A stretch of 64,000 nucleotides of DNA from Syntrophobacterales bacterium (GTDB lineage Bacteria; Desulfobacterota; Desulfobaccia; Desulfobaccales; 0-14-0-80-60-11). Position 1 is the stretch's first letter; the number at the start of each line of letters is the position of its first letter. Below are positions 61,340-64,000 of the stretch, piece by piece. Location of the stretch: contig JARRKO010000001.1 in NCBI GenBank assembly GCA_037388025.1, forward strand, positions 32,473-96,472, read 5' to 3'. A program made the position numbers and the translations under genes. Under the pieces are notes generated by a model, which saw only the letters and a list, made by a program, of their open reading frames with translations, did no database searches and was not told where the DNA came from.

Positions 61340-61373
61340 TATCAGCAAATCTGGACCAGTAAACCTGTAGCCG
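61340..61373 (+). repeat. 3'-flank element copy A (TATCAGCAAATCTGGACC-N9-GTAGCCG)
   Basis: The 18-mer is identical to 62722-62739. It starts 13 nt after the stop of the TPR gene. Confidence 0.85.
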
Positions 61374-61556
61374 TATGCTTTAGGCTGCGCCTGTATCACT
61401 GTCAAAGTAAACCTTTTTGAAGAAGAACAACCCCTGGAAGAAAAGGTGGTCTCCGGCCACGGCCGGGACAAGATTCTGCTGGTGGACCTCTCCGGCCTGA
61501 TCAGAAAATGTTTGGAAATATTAAAGAGAAACGGGCGGAAACCGATAAAGAAATAA
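61371..61556 (+). pseudogene. Possible relic of a signal-peptide-peptidase (SppA-type) gene
   Basis: An open frame without a start codon encodes ...LFEEEQPLEEKVVSGHGRDKILLVDLSGLI..., resembling the segment preceding the SppA protease domain (from recall). It then diverges and stops. Confidence 0.25.
61522..61548 (+). promoter_or_regulatory. Candidate sigma28 (FliA) promoter upstream of flgM
   Basis: TAAA-N15-ACCGATAA compared with the consensus TAAA-N15-GCCGATAA, about 100 nt upstream of the flgM ATG. Confidence 0.45.
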
Positions 61557-61649
61557 GAAGGTGATAATCCCCGATTCCGGGGAGGGGAGATGGGGAGATT
61601 AACTTGACGGGGAGAGCCCAAGCGATTACATTCCAGTAAAGAGAGCACC

Positions 61650-61949
61650 ATGAAAATTACCGACGTAAAAGGCCTGGAGGCCGAACAGCTTGTAAGCCAG
61701 CAGGCCGACAAGGTGAGCGGGGCCCAGGGGGAGAAGCCCACGGAAAAGTCCGGCGGGGAGATGGAGGTCATCCACCTGTCACCCCAATCCCGGGTGATGC
61801 AAAAGGCCAGCGGGGTGGTGCATCAAACTCCGGATGTCCGCCCGGAAAAGGTGGCAGCCCTCCAGGAACCTGTGCAGAACGGCACCTACGAGGTGGACTC
61901 CCTGAAAGTAGCTAACCGCATCATCGCGGAAGGTCTGCAGGAAAAGTAG
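61650..61949 (+). CDS. flgM: Anti-sigma-28 factor FlgM
   Basis: 99-aa ORF. The C-terminal VRPEKVAALQEPVQNGTYEVDSLKVANRII matches the FlgM signature. Confidence 0.82.
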   Translation: MKITDVKGLEAEQLVSQQADKVSGAQGEKPTEKSGGEMEVIHLSPQSRVMQKASGVVHQTPDVRPEKVAALQEPVQNGTYEVDSLKVANRIIAEGLQEK

Positions 61950-61982
61950 GACCAGGTCCTTCAACCTCCCTTTCATGCCCAG

Positions 61983-62010
61983 GCCGGGCCCCCAGGGGCC
62001 CGGCTTTTTG
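61983..62010 (+). terminator. Rho-independent terminator after flgM
   Basis: GCCGGGCCCC-ca-GGGGCCCGGC followed by TTTTTG. Confidence 0.72.
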
Positions 62011-62221
62011 TTGGCCTTATGCGGACGCGATCTGTAGTCTATAATGAGACTGTTCTGAAAAGTTTAAAGTTCAGGCAATCTGCGAGCCAGCCCTCTCCTT
62101 TTCCATTATCTGTGACCCACAATCCCAACATCTCCCGGGAAAATTATCAGGCTATTTAAACCGGAGGGGTCTGGCTATATACTAATAGAGAACCAGGACT
62201 GAAAGAGGAAAGGATGAGACA

Positions 62222-62704
62222 ATGAGAAAATGGCTGGCAATAACTGTGGCACTGAGTGTCGTGTTCCTATGGGGGAGTTCATCCTGGGGTGCAGCTAGGA
62301 TGGAGGTCAAAGGAGTGGTTTCTGACTGGGGGGAGCTCAAAGTCAAGATTCCTCCCAGCGCTTACTTCCAGGTGGTTAAACTGGAAGATAATTTGAGAGG
62401 CAACACCGACTCCCAGGGTTTTGCGGCTTTCATTTCAGAATTCCCCAAAATAAAGGTGCGGGCCGACGGCTCCTTTCGAGTCGATCTCAAAGATGTCCCC
62501 TCGGGGAAATATTTCATTGCGCTCCAGCGGGCTGTGCCCCGGGAAATGTACGGCGAAGACAAGGGGTCCGCCATTCCTATCTTAGTTACCAAAAAAGGGA
62601 GCCCCTTGCTTATTGAAGTGCCGGGAAGCTTTCCCCTGGATGTGGGCCGAGTCGATGTGGCAGTCCGTCCCTCCAAGGCGCCTGTGGCTTCCGGGACCAA
62701 GTAA
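62222..62704 (+). CDS. Secreted protein of unknown function
   Basis: 160-aa ORF with signal peptide MRKWLAITVALSVVFLWGSSSWGA. GC is lower than the window average. No family recognised. Confidence 0.5.
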   Translation: MRKWLAITVALSVVFLWGSSSWGAARMEVKGVVSDWGELKVKIPPSAYFQVVKLEDNLRGNTDSQGFAAFISEFPKIKVRADGSFRVDLKDVPSGKYFIALQRAVPREMYGEDKGSAIPILVTKKGSPLLIEVPGSFPLDVGRVDVAVRPSKAPVASGTK

Positions 62705-62721
62705 CTCTGACCCGTGGTAGG

Positions 62722-62754
62722 TATCAGCAAATCTGGACCTGAGAAAGGTAGCCG
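62722..62754 (+). repeat. 3'-flank element copy B (TATCAGCAAATCTGGACC-N8-GTAGCCG)
   Basis: Starts 18 nt after the stop of the secreted-protein gene. Looser similarity to copy A continues for about 25 nt more. Confidence 0.85.
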
Positions 62755-62774
62755 CAGGTTTCAGCTTGCACCCC

Positions 62775-62795
62775 GCACAGGTTGAAAACCTGTGC
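62775..62795. repeat. REP-like hairpin GCACAGGT-tgaaa-ACCTGTGC
   Basis: A variant of the GCACAGGC family, in the convergent spacer before the desulfurase gene. Confidence 0.8.
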
Positions 62796-62870
62796 CACTA
62801 AAACTTGGCCTTATCGCCTAGTGCCCAGGTTCACGCCGTCGGGGGCGGCGGTTTAAGGGTGAGCCCCGGC

Positions 62871-64000
62871 TCAGGCCCCCTTGTGGCGTAATTCATGCAC
62901 CCGGGCCAGGATGAGCCGCGCCGCTTCTTCCACTTCCGCCGGGGAGGTGGTGCGGCCCACCGAGAGACGTACCGCGCCCAGGGCCGCTTCAGCCGAAACA
63001 CCCATAGCCGTAAGGACGGGGGAGGGGTGCTCTTCGTCTCCGTGACAGGCGGCGCCCACCGAGGCTTCCAGCTCCCAGATGCCGGACAAGATGGCCCGCC
63101 CGGAAAGGCCCGGGAAGGAGACGTTCAGGGTATTGGGCAGGCGCTTGGTCTCGTGGCCGTTCAGGACTAGGTCCGGATAACCTTCCTTGAGCAGCCGGTA
63201 CAGGCGGTCCCGGAGCTCCTGGAAGTGAGCCCGGTCCCCCGGTAGCCGCTGCCGGGCCAGACGGCTGGCCTCACCCAGGGCTACTACATAGGGGACGTTT
63301 TCCGTGCCGGAGCGTCGTCCCCCTTCCTGGCCGCCGCCATGAAGCAAAGGCGTGAACTCTGTTCCCTGGCGGACATGCAGGGCCCCCACGCCTTTGGGCG
63401 CGTAGCATTTGTGCCCGGCTACAGTGAGGAAGTCCACCTGGAGTTCCTGGACGTTGAACGGAATCTTCCCCACGCTCTGGGCGGCATCGGTGTGCAGCAG
63501 CACCCCGGCCTCCCGAGTGAAGGCCCCGATCTCGGCCACGGGCTGCACCACCCCGGTTTCGTTGTTGGCGTGCATGACACTGACCAGAATGGTCTGGGGG
63601 GTGAGGGCCCGGCGGACGTCGTCCGGATCCACCCGTCCCTGGCCGTCCACCGGCAGCACGGTGACCTCAAAACCCTGGGAGGCCAGCCAGCGGCACGGCC
63701 CCAGCACCGCCGGGTGCTCGATGGCGGTGGTGATAAGGTGCCCGGTCTGGAAGCGCCAGGCCACTCCTTTAATGACCGTGTTGTTGGCTTCGGTGGCGCC
63801 GCCGGTGAAGACGACTTCTTCGGGGAGACAACCCAGGGTTGCCGCCACTTCCCGCCGGGCTTGGACCACAGCTTCCAGAGCCCGCCAACCGTGGGGGTAA
63901 CCACTGGCGGGATTGCCGAACTCCTCCTTGAGAAAAGGCAGCATGGCCTTCACCACCTCCGGGGCTACGGGGGTGGTGGCGTTGAAATCCAGATAAATCA
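62871..64000 (-). CDS. Cysteine desulfurase (NifS/IscS class V aminotransferase), 5' end cut by the window edge
   Basis: The frame stays open to position 64000 and reads (M)IYLDFNATTPVAPEVVKAMLPFL. PLP-lysine motif AGHKCYAPKG. The start codon apparently spans 63999-64001. Confidence 0.9.
   Translation of the reverse strand, partial: IYLDFNATTPVAPEVVKAMLPFLKEEFGNPASGYPHGWRALEAVVQARREVAATLGCLPEEVVFTGGATEANNTVIKGVAWRFQTGHLITTAIEHPAVLGPCRWLASQGFEVTVLPVDGQGRVDPDDVRRALTPQTILVSVMHANNETGVVQPVAEIGAFTREAGVLLHTDAAQSVGKIPFNVQELQVDFLTVAGHKCYAPKGVGALHVRQGTEFTPLLHGGGQEGGRRSGTENVPYVVALGEASRLARQRLPGDRAHFQELRDRLYRLLKEGYPDLVLNGHETKRLPNTLNVSFPGLSGRAILSGIWELEASVGAACHGDEEHPSPVLTAMGVSAEAALGAVRLSVGRTTSPAEVEEAARLILARVHELRHKGA

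Noticed and set aside
61145-61771. A 208-aa minus-strand ORF spanning the TPR gene 3' end, the repeat element and the flgM 5' end.
   Set aside because: It overlaps two well-supported plus-strand genes and a repeat. It has no recognisable domain and a Ser/Pro/Leu-rich composition.

Overview
A 64-kb chromosomal segment from a GC-rich (by eye about 55-60 % GC) Gram-negative, flagellated bacterium. lptE, the arn genes and flgM support that. Synteny is reminiscent of delta-proteobacterial or Thermodesulfobacteriota-like anaerobes, but the lineage cannot be fixed from this window. About 60 protein genes are present, more than 80 % on the minus strand, and nearly all are housekeeping: hrcA-grpE-dnaK, phoU, glmS/glmU, F1Fo atpF'FHAGDC, rodA, dnaX-ybaB-recR, tadA, relA/spoT, proS, holA-lptE-leuS, tyrS, ddl, ispD/ispF, an arnC / split-arnA / arnD (L-Ara4N) cluster, RNase HI, Nif3, rpsU-yqeY-mutS2-dnaG-rpoD, cobB, flgM and a nifS/iscS-type desulfurase cut by the window edge. 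RNA genes are tRNA-Ser(GGA), tRNA-Ser(CGA), tRNA-Met(CAT) and RNase P RNA. I saw no CRISPR, transposase, integrase or phage genes.

The unusual content is mostly non-coding.
- A family of phased 7-nt tandem repeats (roughly TNAGNNN) fills many intergenic spacers. The arrays often occur as inverted pairs around AT-rich cores, most densely around the two tRNA-Ser genes.
- There are at least two families of REP-like GC hairpins.
- There are several decayed or mosaic genes: a low-GC islet with two broken genes, a low-GC 3' patch in tyrS, a 5'-truncated sugar dehydrogenase and a 3'-short rodA.
- An in-phase A_AAA_AAG slippery heptamer at the dnaX/ybaB overlap would fuse DnaX to YbaB on a -1 shift.

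CDS coordinates come from the ORF track, with starts re-picked by residue counting. Small motifs were read by eye and may be off by 1-2 nt. All family assignments are from recall of conserved motifs, not from searches.
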